From an uncultured Bacteroides sp. (GTDB lineage Bacteria > Bacteroidota > Bacteroidia > Bacteroidales > JACABE01): DNA of 64,000 nucleotides. Below are positions 31,263 to 40,623 of the stretch, piece after piece (position 1 is the stretch's first letter; each line of letters begins with the position of its first letter). The notes below the pieces were generated by a model. It saw only the letters and a list, made by a program, of their open reading frames with translations, was not told the origin of the DNA and did not search any database. Both the position numbers and the translations under genes were made by a program. The stretch spans positions 99,049 to 163,048 of the forward strand of contig CAYRBL010000001.1 in NCBI GenBank assembly GCA_964422385.1, given 5' to 3'.

Positions 31263-31337
31263 TGGACCTTGAGGGGATTGAACCCACGACCTTCGCCTTA
31301 TGAGGGCGCTGCTACTAACCAACTGAGCTAAAGGTCC
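31263..31337 (-). tRNA. tRNA-Met(CAT)
   Basis: Acceptor GGACCTT/AAGGTCC, D-arm TAGCTCAGTTGGTTAGTAGC, anticodon loop CTCATAA. Confidence 0.7.
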
Positions 31338-31345
31338 TTTTATTG

Positions 31346-31380
31346 TGACTCAGGCTGGACTCGAACCAGCGACCGATGGT
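31346..31380 (-). ncRNA. tRNA 3' fragment (T-arm plus acceptor 3' strand only)
   Basis: GCTGG-TTCGAGT-CCAGC-CTGAGTC-A only 12 nt downstream (minus sense) of tRNA-Arg 3' end; no 5' half. Confidence 0.4.
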
Positions 31381-31382
31381 TG

Positions 31383-31454
31383 TGTTCCTAGAGGGATTCG
31401 AACCCCCACGAAATCCTTAGAAGGGATTGATGCTATCCATTACATCATAGGAAC
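31383..31454 (-). tRNA. tRNA-Arg(TCT)
   Basis: Acceptor GTTCCTA/TAGGAAC, anticodon arm AATCC-CTTCTAA-GGATT, T-arm GGGGG-TTCGAAT-CCCTC. Confidence 0.7.
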
Positions 31455-32055
31455 GTTTGTCAGAAAATGGTTTATATCGAGTTTCGCGAGCACTATTTTT
31501 ATTTTTAGATTTATAAGTATCTAATTGTGAATCACAATTTGGACAAATACACCTATAGTTTTCTCTAGTATTATTTGCAGCATTACCATCAATATGATCT
31601 AAAATCATAACTAAGGGCTTACTATTCCACATAGAATCTAATCCACAAATAATACATTTATTGTCTTGCTCCTCAAGAATAAATCTTTTAACCAGTCTTG
31701 GATTAAAATTTGCCCTTTGGTATTCTTCTGGTGAAGTAAGAAAATATTCATATTTTTCTCTACTCTTATGTTCAAATTCACATTTATTATTACAATATAT
31801 GTTATTTCCTTTATGACTAATATCTTCACCACAATTTAAACAAAATTTTTTCTTCCCAGACCCTTTGTTAAAAGTCTCAAGTTCGTTAATTTTTCTTTTA
31901 ATTGGCAAATCAATTCCTAATCTTTTAGCAACTTTTTTAATATTACTACCAGTACAATTATATCTTCTACCAATTTCTTCATAAGAAATTCCTTGATTAA
32001 GAATTAAATCTTCTAAATTTTCTTTTTCTACTTCCCATTTACTATTCATATACAA
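31417..32055 (-). CDS. HNH homing endonuclease with N-terminal helix-turn-helix
   Basis: EEIGRRYNCTGSNIKKVAKRLG; LDHIDGNAANNTRENYRCICPNCD (HNH core); 3' end overlaps tRNA-Arg(TCT) by ~38 nt. Confidence 0.8.
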   Translation of the reverse strand: MYMNSKWEVEKENLEDLILNQGISYEEIGRRYNCTGSNIKKVAKRLGIDLPIKRKINELETFNKGSGKKKFCLNCGEDISHKGNNIYCNNKCEFEHKSREKYEYFLTSPEEYQRANFNPRLVKRFILEEQDNKCIICGLDSMWNSKPLVMILDHIDGNAANNTRENYRCICPNCDSQLDTYKSKNKNSARETRYKPFSDKRSYDVMDSINPF

Positions 32056-32412
32056 TTTTTATTTTTAATTAAACATACACAAAGGTACGAATAATTTTTG
32101 AAATAAATTGTATACGAAATAGTTAAAAATTGTTAAATAGTATTTTTTTAAGCCTTAATTTCAATTACATGACCCAATGCATTTCTGTAATGAGTTCCAA
32201 ATTCAAGTTTAGCTTTTTCTGCATTAGACAATTTTCTTGTCCGTTCTTTTACCATAGGTTTTTTACCTGAATGTCCTTTTGCCATAATAGTTATTTTTAT
32301 TTATTAATCATCAGAGAAATGTCCAGGAATTGATTGATACCAATCTGGATTAGGATAATCATCATCTGAAAAATGTTTAATTACGTCTTCCATAATAATT
32401 ATTTTTAATTTG

Positions 32413-32496
32413 TCGGGATGGCGGGATTCGAACCCACGTTTGAATACTCTCTCTTGCTCCCAAAGCAAGCATGTTGACCTACTACACCACATCCCG
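32413..32496 (-). tRNA. tRNA-Pro(TGG) with 15-nt variable region
   Basis: C1-G72 acceptor CGGGATG/CATCCCG, anticodon arm CTTGC-TTTGGGA-GCAAG, T-arm GTGGG-TTCGAAT-CCCGC. Confidence 0.65.
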
Positions 32497-32699
32497 TGGT
32501 TACCTCGGAGACACTCCGAGGATTTGTTCTACGACATCGCTGCCTTAGAAAAAAAGATATACTAGTAGCGATTGCATTTTGCAGCAATACTTTAAATACG
32601 AAGGAATCCCAGAGTCACTTTCCTCATATACTACTAGAGCCCTCTGGACCTAGACTGTTTCATCTTCTTATTGTCAGGATTATGGTTTTGCTGACTTTG

Positions 32700-32772
32700 T
32701 TGCGGGGGCACGAATCGAACGTGCGTAGTCCAAGGTTTATGAGACCGGAGGCGAACCAACACGCTCCCCACG
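32700..32772 (-). tRNA. initiator-like tRNA-fMet(CAT)
   Basis: C1-A72 mismatch, 3' end CCCCCGCAAC as in bacterial tRNA-fMet, anticodon loop CTCATAA, T-arm GCACG-TTCGATT-CGTGC. Confidence 0.55.
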
Positions 32773-32786
32773 TGTGTTATATTTTG

Positions 32787-32860
32787 TTGCGGAGACTCGA
32801 CTCGAACGAGTGACCATCGGCTTATGAGACCGCTAAGCTACCAACTGCTAACACTCCGCA
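32787..32860 (-). tRNA. tRNA-Met(CAT)
   Basis: Acceptor TGCGGAG/CTCCGCA, anticodon loop CTCATAA, T-arm ACTCG-TTCGAGT-CGAGT. Confidence 0.6.
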
Positions 32861-32870
32861 ATTTATTTTA

Positions 32871-33479
32871 TTAAGAATTAAGAATTCTAGTTGTTTCTCT
32901 TAACTCTTTTAATGATGTTCTTGTACTATTTTCATTTAAATTACCATAGTTATCTGTTAAACTATGACAATTAGGACATAATAATTCTAAATTTTCTTCA
33001 GAATTATCTAAAGCATCTCCATTAATATGATGTATTTGTACTGGTACATTTTCTGAATAAGGATTTATTTCATGCCATCCACATTTTTGACACTGATTAT
33101 TATTCTTTTCTTTAAGATATCTAACAATATATCTAGATATCCCATCTTTACCTTTTTGTCCTGAAATATTTCCTAATTTCCATTCATTAATATATTCATC
33201 ATATTCAAAATCTGTTTTACATTTTCTTGTACAAAATTTTTCTTGATTTGAATTTAATTTATTACCGCAATAATAACATAATCGTATTTCTCTACTATGT
33301 TGTTTATTAAATGTTTCAGTTTCATTTATTTTTCTTCTTTGAGGTAATTCTAATCCTAATCTTTTAGCAGCTTTCTTAATAGCATTGCCTGTTACATTAT
33401 ATTTACGACCTATTTCTTCATAGGCTAAATTTTCTTGAAAGATTAATCTTTCTAATTCTTCTTTTACATATTTGTTCAT
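32871..33479 (-). CDS. HNH homing endonuclease with N-terminal helix-turn-helix
   Basis: EEIGRKYNVTGNAIKKAAKRLG; QIHHINGDALDNSEENLELLCPNCH. Confidence 0.8.
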   Translation of the reverse strand: MNKYVKEELERLIFQENLAYEEIGRKYNVTGNAIKKAAKRLGLELPQRRKINETETFNKQHSREIRLCYYCGNKLNSNQEKFCTRKCKTDFEYDEYINEWKLGNISGQKGKDGISRYIVRYLKEKNNNQCQKCGWHEINPYSENVPVQIHHINGDALDNSEENLELLCPNCHSLTDNYGNLNENSTRTSLKELRETTRILNS

Positions 33480-33559
33480 AATTTATATATTTGTAATTCG
33501 AATACAAAGATACAAATTTTTTGAACATAAAAAGTTCGAATATTAAATTATTTGAATAG

Positions 33560-33633
33560 TAATGCATATGGGATTCAAACCCATGATTTCCACCGTGAAA
33601 GGGTGACGAATTAGATCGCTATTCTAATGCACT
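33560..33633 (-). tRNA. tRNA-Glu(TTC)
   Basis: D-stem GAAT/ATTC, anticodon arm TCACC-CTTTCAC-GGTGG, T-arm ATGGG-TTTGAAT-CCCAT. Confidence 0.7.
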
Positions 33634-33834
33634 ATGTTTTATTTTCTTTGAAAGTCTTTTCCACCACAGTTATTTACTGGAAGTAGATAAAACTTATCAC
33701 ACAAATGTTTATCTGAACTTTTTGTATAAAATTTACAAGCTTCACAATTTGGCATAACTTTAATTTTTTATTAGTGGAAAATGGATACAAAATTACTAAA
33801 AATAAATTTAAAAATTTACTAAAATCATAAAAAT

Positions 33835-34818
33835 CTATAAAAATAATTTTGATAATTCATTTATTATTGTTTCTTCGGAATCTTTATAAGTAAACTTAAT
33901 TAATTCCGCATTAGGAATACTTTGACAATATTCTTTTACTAATCTATCTCTTTTTAATTGAATATTAAAATCTAATATACCACCAATATGAAAATGCGGT
34001 GTATATTTAAAATGTTGTTCTCCATCATATTCTATAAAATACTTTTTACCTTGATACTCAATATAAAAATCAATATATACTTTATTTGTTTTTCTAATAA
34101 TTTCTGATAATTCTATTAAATATTGATATGAAAATAAAATATGATTTTCAGTAAGCCAATCAAGTATTAATTGCTCTCCTTTAGATATATAAACATTCCA
34201 ATTAAATTTAGACAAATTTTTAATCCTTGAACATGTAGGACAACCTCTTCCTTGTAAATGCATACTTGGCTTTTGTTCAAACTCTGTATTACAAATATTA
34301 CAAATTATTTTAACTTTAGTAGTGGCGTTTATATAAATAATTTTAGAATAATCATAAATATCTTTATAAATTTGTTTTGCTTTTAATATAAAATCTTCCG
34401 TTGTACTTTTATGATTTTTAGCACAAGCAGGGCACCCAACTCCATGTAAATGCGAGCCCGCATTTTGCCAAAATTCACCATGTTCTGAACAAATTATACA
34501 TATTTTTTCTAAAGCACCTTTATATTCAGTTTTAGAATAATTATATTTATCTAAATGTATTAAATTAGCCTTTTCTATAAACTTTTCAATAGGTAGTATT
34601 GATTTATTTTGATTTGCACAAATTTTACAACCCTGACCATTCATATGTCCAGAAGCTATTTGATTAAAATCCCCATGAATTGGGCACGTTATAGTTATCT
34701 TATTTTTTACTGTAGTAAAAATTGATTTAGAATAATCATACTTGTCCCCATGAATGATTTTTGAGCGCTCTAAAAAAATTTCTTGATTTAACCTAAGTTT
34801 AGGGGTTTTTCGAATCAT
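33835..34818 (-). CDS. putative homing endonuclease: three zinc-finger-like repeats plus C-terminal DUF559/Vsr-like PD-(D/E)XK nuclease domain
   Basis: Three repeats of KYDYSK...C(P)xHGxFxQ...HxxGxGCxxC; C-terminal YIDFYIEYQGKKYFIEYDGEQHF...DRLVKEY resembles DUF559 endonuclease. Confidence 0.55.
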   Translation of the reverse strand: MIRKTPKLRLNQEIFLERSKIIHGDKYDYSKSIFTTVKNKITITCPIHGDFNQIASGHMNGQGCKICANQNKSILPIEKFIEKANLIHLDKYNYSKTEYKGALEKICIICSEHGEFWQNAGSHLHGVGCPACAKNHKSTTEDFILKAKQIYKDIYDYSKIIYINATTKVKIICNICNTEFEQKPSMHLQGRGCPTCSRIKNLSKFNWNVYISKGEQLILDWLTENHILFSYQYLIELSEIIRKTNKVYIDFYIEYQGKKYFIEYDGEQHFKYTPHFHIGGILDFNIQLKRDRLVKEYCQSIPNAELIKFTYKDSEETIINELSKLFL

Positions 34819-34939
34819 AAATTAGTTTAATTAATTAAAACGCAAAGTTACAACAATAAAAATAGAAAAATTCCTAAAATCTGGAATATTACCAATCTTT
34901 AGGTCTATTCTATTCTTATTGTTGTTTTCGGTATAAAGA

Positions 34940-35332
34940 TTAATCTGGATCAGTTTCTACTAAGCTATAGGAATAAGCACCTTCATCATATTGTATGGTT
35001 AGGTAAAAAACTCCCGTAGTATAAACTTGGAATGTAACTTGCATTAAGTTATAACTCCTATCCGTAGCACTTGCTGAGTAAAGTTTATAAATTCCTTTTT
35101 TTGATTCTGTTAAAGCAGTGAAGTCAATGATTTGAGGAGTATTACTGTCTATTTCAATATGTCTCCTAGCAAAATTAATCGTAACTCTTACGTTTGATCT
35201 TACCCAACCACTCCATTCACAATTTTTAGCTTTTGAATTAAAAAATAGAGCTTTATAATACTTAGTTTGCGCTTGTGTCGCTACCATTGTTAGCAACAGC
35301 ACCAGTAGTAACAGCAATTTCTTCATTTCCAA
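34940..35332 (-). CDS. secreted hypothetical protein
   Basis: Signal peptide MEMKKLLLLLVLLLTMVATQAQT. Confidence 0.5.
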   Translation of the reverse strand: MEMKKLLLLLVLLLTMVATQAQTKYYKALFFNSKAKNCEWSGWVRSNVRVTINFARRHIEIDSNTPQIIDFTALTESKKGIYKLYSASATDRSYNLMQVTFQVYTTGVFYLTIQYDEGAYSYSLVETDPD

Positions 35333-35591
35333 TAATTTTTGAAAGATTTTTACTGAACCTTGCAGATTGCTCTTTTACAGCAGTTACTGTTTCAATTTCA
35401 GTGTTGATTTTAGCAATATGAGCTTCTTTTGTCTTGATATGCGCAAGCATTTCTTCCTCAAGACGTTTAGCTTCTTCTGCTGCTTTGGCAAAAGTGCCAA
35501 TGATTTTACTGTGCTTCTGTCCAAAGTCTACTTTGAAGAAGAAGTTCCAAATTTTCTTTAACATTTTATTTATTTTAAAATTGAGCAACAA

Positions 35592-35996
35592 TTATTTATT
35601 TTCAATGAAATCGAAAGATATACCATATCCTTCATCGAATCTCTTCAAATGAGAGATGAGCTTTTGCATTTTAGTCATAGACTTCCATGTGCCCGGTTTT
35701 TCCCAGTGTGGGCATTCTGAATTTTCCCACTCATGTACAAGATCTTCCGAGATTTTAATCTTTCTATTACATTCCGTTTCAGAACGATCATTGTGTTTAA
35801 TTTTACGTGACATAAATTCTGGATGTTTTGATCCAACTGGAGTAACATCCACAGTCACGATTTGTTTGTCAGTATGTTTTTCTTGGCCCTTGACTTGGCC
35901 CTTAAGTTTAACTGTTAATAACAAGGCTGAACTCATAGTATTTCCCATGCCCTTGGATTGTTTAAGTGGCGGTTTCAGATTCTTTGTTTTCTGCAA
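35592..35996 (-). CDS. hypothetical basic protein
   Basis: 134-aa ORF. Confidence 0.45.
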   Translation of the reverse strand: MQKTKNLKPPLKQSKGMGNTMSSALLLTVKLKGQVKGQEKHTDKQIVTVDVTPVGSKHPEFMSRKIKHNDRSETECNRKIKISEDLVHEWENSECPHWEKPGTWKSMTKMQKLISHLKRFDEGYGISFDFIENK

Positions 35997-36090
35997 TTCA
36001 TCACATTTTAGTCTAGAGGTACTGTTCTTCGCTCAAATGTAAAAAGAAAGTAGAGGAGCTTCATATAGTCCACTCCTCTACTTTTAAAGC

Positions 36091-38418
36091 TTACGCTTTT
36101 GTACTTTCAACTACTTCAGCGTCGATAGCTTTTTTGTTGAAAGATTTTCCGGTTAATTTTTCGATCATTGAGATTCCTAAGAAATTCTCAACCATTCCAC
36201 TGCCTTCACCACCGCCCATGATAATGTTATCAGGGATAAGTTTGATGTTACCATCTACAATGGATTCAATCATTTTCAGTTTGGCATAATCCTGACCCAT
36301 AGCTTCTACGGATAGTTTATATGCTTCAGCTGTTGATTGACCTTTTTTCAAAATTACGTCAGCTTCTGCATTACCTACAGCGCTGGTTCTTTCTGCTTCA
36401 GCTGATGCTGCCAATTTTACCGCAGTTGCATTAGCTTTCGCTACTACTTCTGTGTTGGTTGCATCGGCCTGAGCCTTAATTTTAGTTCCCTCAGCAAGAC
36501 CTTTTGATTTTTCAATCTCAGAGTTTGCTAAGTTCTTTGAAATCTCAACTCCTCGTTCAGATTTTACAACATCTTTCTGCATTTCAGCTTGCGCTGTTGC
36601 ATTTTCGAGTTGTTTACGCTCGTTTTGAGCTTCAATCTGAGTTGTGTAAGTTGCTTTTTCTTGAACTGCAATTTGACGATCCGTTACCGGTTTAGTCAAT
36701 GCAGCTGGCAATACAACATCCGCAATCATTGTATCTTTCGATTCAATGTGGTGCACTTTAAGCACTGTTTGGATGTGAAGCTTGGCTTTTTCCTGCAATT
36801 CAGCACGTTTTGTATAAAGCTCAAGAGCTTGTACAGATTGTGCAGCATTACGGAAATGCGAGCTAATGGCAGGTTCCAAAACTTGGGAAATCATATTGGA
36901 TACTGAACCTAAGTTTGCTACAACTTTAGGAGCATCGGCCATTGCAATGTGAATAATAACGCGAACGTCCATATTTACATTGAAAGCATCAGCAGTACGC
37001 AAGGTGATTGTCTTCAATTGAGAGTCAAATTTATGAGCACTAGACTCATCATCTGCCCAACTCAACAAGATCTGTGTAGTTGGAACTACGTCCACTTTAC
37101 AGATTTGAAGATTTAATGCATGTTTACCAGGTAATAATGGTTCTTTCCAGATACCTTTTTTACCGTTTTCAACAATCTTTGCATTTACAGTGTCTTCAGA
37201 TGTATCAACACCTTCTTCACCCACAAAGTTTGTTACAACACCACATTCACCAATTTCGATTTCAACCATCTTCTGAGAAGATACTTTTGCGAACCAAGGA
37301 TTGATTGCATAAGCACCAGCACGAAGAACCGGAATCTGTAAACCTTTCTGACCACCATTCTTTAAGAATGCATCAGCATCCTGAAAGTTTTGATGAATTC
37401 CTAAAGGAAGTTCATCAGCAGCAATTTTGCTTGGGTCGTTAATTGGCTTACCTTCAAGGATGGTTACAATACCTACTTCATCAGAAGGAATTTGTACCCA
37501 TTGTTGAGGATCGCTGATTTTGAACAATAAAGTATTAATACGATAAGTTCCCGGCATCAAATGTTGGATTTGGCGACCTTTTTGACCACCTTTAGTTAGA
37601 AACTCTTCACCTTTTTCAAAGTTAGAGTGTCCTTCTACTTTATCAGCCAACAGACGACCGTCAGGAATTTGTGCACCATCCATAGCAGTAACCATACAAA
37701 TAGTTCCACCAGGAACTACAGTAACGGGAGCTACTTTAACAGTAAACAAATAAGTGTTAATACGATACATCCCTGGAGTTAATATCTGAACCTGAGGACC
37801 TTTCTGGCCACCATTTTTCAAGAATTTAACACCGTCTTGGAATAGATTACATTCTACTGATTTTGCCATAATACGGCCTGGTTCAATAGATTCACCAGCA
37901 ATCGCTTCAACAGTTGCAATTTGGTCTTGTGCTACCACAGGAGTCTTAACAACACTTACTTCAAATAAGTGAGGGTTAATTCTGTGCTCTCCCGGAGGAA
38001 TAATAGCAACTTGAGGACCTTTTTGTCCACCGTTTCTCAAGAAGGCTTCACCATCTTGAAACGTGTTTGACTCAACGTGTGTAGCCATGAACTGTCCTTG
38101 TGGAATTGGTGCACCAGTGATGGCTTTAACCAAACCCATTTCGTTAGGTTGAATGACTAGATACTTGTACTTTTTAGCAACTTGCATAAAGGGAATAAGA
38201 AAGTGTAGTCCCGGACCCAAGATTTTCGCTTGAATACCTACCTCTCCAGGGAGAGCTACGGTTCTGCCATCAGCCATTTCCTTACCAGCGTACCGTTTTT
38301 CAACGGTTGCTAACTCGTCAGCACCTACGTTGACAAAAAATTTACTTAAAATCACTAGTACGATAATCGCACCAATTCCAATCCCTATCCAGGGAAGGAT
38401 CGACATAAATGTTTCCAT
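36091..38418 (-). CDS. flotillin/SPFH (band 7) family membrane protein with four N-terminal tandem repeats
   Basis: N-terminal TM helix; four ~95-aa repeats each ending F(L/K)(R/K)NGGQKG(P/L/R)Q; SPFH core; C-terminal Ala/Glu/Lys-rich flotillin coiled coil. Confidence 0.7.
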   Translation of the reverse strand: METFMSILPWIGIGIGAIIVLVILSKFFVNVGADELATVEKRYAGKEMADGRTVALPGEVGIQAKILGPGLHFLIPFMQVAKKYKYLVIQPNEMGLVKAITGAPIPQGQFMATHVESNTFQDGEAFLRNGGQKGPQVAIIPPGEHRINPHLFEVSVVKTPVVAQDQIATVEAIAGESIEPGRIMAKSVECNLFQDGVKFLKNGGQKGPQVQILTPGMYRINTYLFTVKVAPVTVVPGGTICMVTAMDGAQIPDGRLLADKVEGHSNFEKGEEFLTKGGQKGRQIQHLMPGTYRINTLLFKISDPQQWVQIPSDEVGIVTILEGKPINDPSKIAADELPLGIHQNFQDADAFLKNGGQKGLQIPVLRAGAYAINPWFAKVSSQKMVEIEIGECGVVTNFVGEEGVDTSEDTVNAKIVENGKKGIWKEPLLPGKHALNLQICKVDVVPTTQILLSWADDESSAHKFDSQLKTITLRTADAFNVNMDVRVIIHIAMADAPKVVANLGSVSNMISQVLEPAISSHFRNAAQSVQALELYTKRAELQEKAKLHIQTVLKVHHIESKDTMIADVVLPAALTKPVTDRQIAVQEKATYTTQIEAQNERKQLENATAQAEMQKDVVKSERGVEISKNLANSEIEKSKGLAEGTKIKAQADATNTEVVAKANATAVKLAASAEAERTSAVGNAEADVILKKGQSTAEAYKLSVEAMGQDYAKLKMIESIVDGNIKLIPDNIIMGGGEGSGMVENFLGISMIEKLTGKSFNKKAIDAEVVESTKA

Positions 38419-38485
38419 AAAAACTGTTAATAGATTTATTTTATTGGCGTTACTTCCTAAGGTTTGCCAACACCTTAGTGCTTTG

Positions 38486-38560
38486 GGGAAGAAAGGGGAT
38501 TCGAACCCCTGATAACCGTCATCATGCAGCCTACTGCTTCTCCCATTTACCAGACGACTT
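38486..38560 (-). ncRNA. tRNA-like element (T-arm and acceptor 3' strand clear; 5' part unresolved)
   Basis: AGGGG-TTCGAAT-CCCCT then TTCTTCC; nearest complementary 5' strand gives a 59-nt molecule. Confidence 0.3.
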
Positions 38561-38665
38561 TAGCTCTCTGGATTAATACATGCATACTATGGTTGGTATC
38601 TCTGTATAGCTAGTTAGATTCATACTGCAGAATGTCTAACGGGTTCTTCTCTGGTGCGAGTATTA

Positions 38666-39085
38666 CTACGTCGTAGAAGGCACTTCTTTTTTCGGTACTT
38701 GATAGTTTAAAGGGCTTAACGTCAAAACACCATTATTTACGTACATTGCTGCACACTTGGCATCATCTTCGAAAGCAATAGCTACATCGTAGCCCTTCTC
38801 ACGAATAGACATTAACACCCTTTCTTTACATTCAACTGTTTTACTTTTAGGTATTTCATTGAGGTAAAGTTTATGATAACAAGCACCGTTTTTCAATAAC
38901 CAATCCTCAGTTTGAGGTCTCCCTGAAGATAAAACAATATAATAGTCACTATTGAACATAGTTTCCATTAAGTCAAACATAGCTTGAATTGGTTTATCCC
39001 CAGACAAATCACGCCAATCATATGGACTACGGTTTGTTTGGGTTAATATTGTATTGTCAATATCGAATATTACGATTTTCCTCAT
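38666..39085 (-). CDS. HAD-superfamily phosphatase
   Basis: FDIDNTI (DxDxT) N-terminal motif. Confidence 0.6.
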   Translation of the reverse strand: MRKIVIFDIDNTILTQTNRSPYDWRDLSGDKPIQAMFDLMETMFNSDYYIVLSSGRPQTEDWLLKNGACYHKLYLNEIPKSKTVECKERVLMSIREKGYDVAIAFEDDAKCAAMYVNNGVLTLSPLNYQVPKKEVPSTT

Positions 39086-39635
39086 ATGCTAATTTTTGTT
39101 CTAATTCCCCACGACTACGGGCATACACTTTTTCATTTCGATGAGTAATGGAATTATATATCCAAAACCACCATAAATGATTAAATCCTGAGTAATAAAA
39201 CTGAGGTACATAATAACCGTGATAATAGTGATAAGTAGGACTGTGACTATAATAATGTCGTCTTTCAGCAGACATTCTATTAGCAGGACCAGGATTTTGA
39301 TAAACTACTCTTTTATTACTAGCATTTGATGCAGTTGAAGTAGGTGGTTTAATTGTAGCACTTGGTCTTACTGTTGGACTAACTGAATGATTCTCAGCAG
39401 GCTTTACATTACTTGTTACTGCAGATTTTGCTGGAGCCGGAGCTGCTGTTCTACTTGGAGTAGAAAAAGATCTGCTTGGTGAACTTGAGAACGATCTACT
39501 AGGCGAACTAGAGAATGAACGACTTGACGAGCTTGAAAACGAGTGTGAACTTGAGGAACAAGATCCTCCACCTCCTCTTGCACTTAGCGCAAAGGATACT
39601 GTAATCATTAAGAATGCTAAAAATAACTTTTTCAT
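39057..39635 (-). CDS. secreted Ser/Pro-repeat and Tyr-rich protein
   Basis: Signal peptide then repeats SRSFSSSPSRSFSSSP and Tyr-rich tail. Confidence 0.5.
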   Translation of the reverse strand: MKKLFLAFLMITVSFALSARGGGGSCSSSSHSFSSSSSRSFSSSPSRSFSSSPSRSFSTPSRTAAPAPAKSAVTSNVKPAENHSVSPTVRPSATIKPPTSTASNASNKRVVYQNPGPANRMSAERRHYYSHSPTYHYYHGYYVPQFYYSGFNHLWWFWIYNSITHRNEKVYARSRGELEQKLAYEENRNIRY

Positions 39636-39811
39636 CTATTTTTCTATTATAATTGTTTGTTTCACTTTTAGAAGTGTGGCTTCATAAAATTCAATATCTT
39701 TAAATTCTGGAGTATGAGTACAGTTTTCTTCTAATTCTTCCTTCGCTTTCTCTACTGAGTTAGCTACTGCACACTCACCGTTATAAACTGCTATATATAC
39801 TTTTTCTTCCA

Positions 39812-40126
39812 TTATTTGTTTTTTGTATATAATGGAGCCTTTTCTCTCCATTTTTTGTTTTTCACTTTTACTTTATCTACAATATCTTGAAATGTAAATC
39901 CGGCAGATTCACAAGTTTCCAATAATACAGAAATAGTATTCTGCAAATAATCTGCAGATTCTTCAAGTAAATGATCTTCGTCGTAAGGTTTGTGAGTAAT
40001 GCCAATTAGTTTTCCTACTTCAGCATTATACTCACCAAACTCTTCGTTGAACTTAATAATTCTCTCAGGTAATGTTTTACCATCCTTAGAGTTAAATTCT
40101 TTTATTTCTTCAATGATTTCTTTCAT
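39812..40126 (-). CDS. MazG-like all-alpha NTP pyrophosphohydrolase
   Basis: FNEEFGEYNAEVGK and LEESADYLQ resemble MazG EExxE...EE motifs; 104 aa. Confidence 0.5.
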   Translation of the reverse strand: MKEIIEEIKEFNSKDGKTLPERIIKFNEEFGEYNAEVGKLIGITHKPYDEDHLLEESADYLQNTISVLLETCESAGFTFQDIVDKVKVKNKKWREKAPLYTKNK

Positions 40127-40623
40127 CGGTGCATTAATTGCTTAATTACTTTATCATGATTAAATGCCCACCGATATTTACCAATTTCATCAACAGGAAT
40201 CCAAGCAACTTCTTCAACTTCATCTTCTTCACCTTCTGTACCAACTTTTATATCGGTATTATCAGAACCTTCGTTAAGAACTGCGAAGTGACGAATTGTT
40301 ACATTTTGTAAATTTGCTTTGGGTTTATCACTAATTGCGAATTGAATAAAACGATCCTCTAAAAGAGTTAATCCACATTCCTCCTTAACTTCTCTTACAC
40401 AAGCTTGTGCAAGTGTTTCATCAAAGTCAAGGTAACCACAAGGAACATTCCATAAACCTTGGAAGTCTGGAGTTCCTTTACCACGTTTATTAGCCAAGAC
40501 AAAGAAATTATTTTCTTCATCTACTTTGAACACAAACGCAGATACGGCGATGGCTCGATGTACCCAGTACATTTTACCATCTTTCCCCTCAATTTGATAG
40601 TTTTGCATACTATACGTCTTCAA
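40123..40623 (-). CDS. NUDIX hydrolase
   Basis: Nudix box GYLDFDETLAQACVREVKEECGL (Gx5Ex7REUxEExGU). Confidence 0.85.
   Translation of the reverse strand: MKTYSMQNYQIEGKDGKMYWVHRAIAVSAFVFKVDEENNFFVLANKRGKGTPDFQGLWNVPCGYLDFDETLAQACVREVKEECGLTLLEDRFIQFAISDKPKANLQNVTIRHFAVLNEGSDNTDIKVGTEGEEDEVEEVAWIPVDEIGKYRWAFNHDKVIKQLMHR

Noticed and set aside
32405-32813. ORFs 32405-32587 (-) and 32496-32813 (+)
   Set aside because: Overlap tRNA-Pro, fMet and Met genes and a strong hairpin; no coding signal.
38330-38512. Plus-strand 60-aa ORF
   Set aside because: Antisense to the flotillin gene start and a tRNA-like T-arm; no support.
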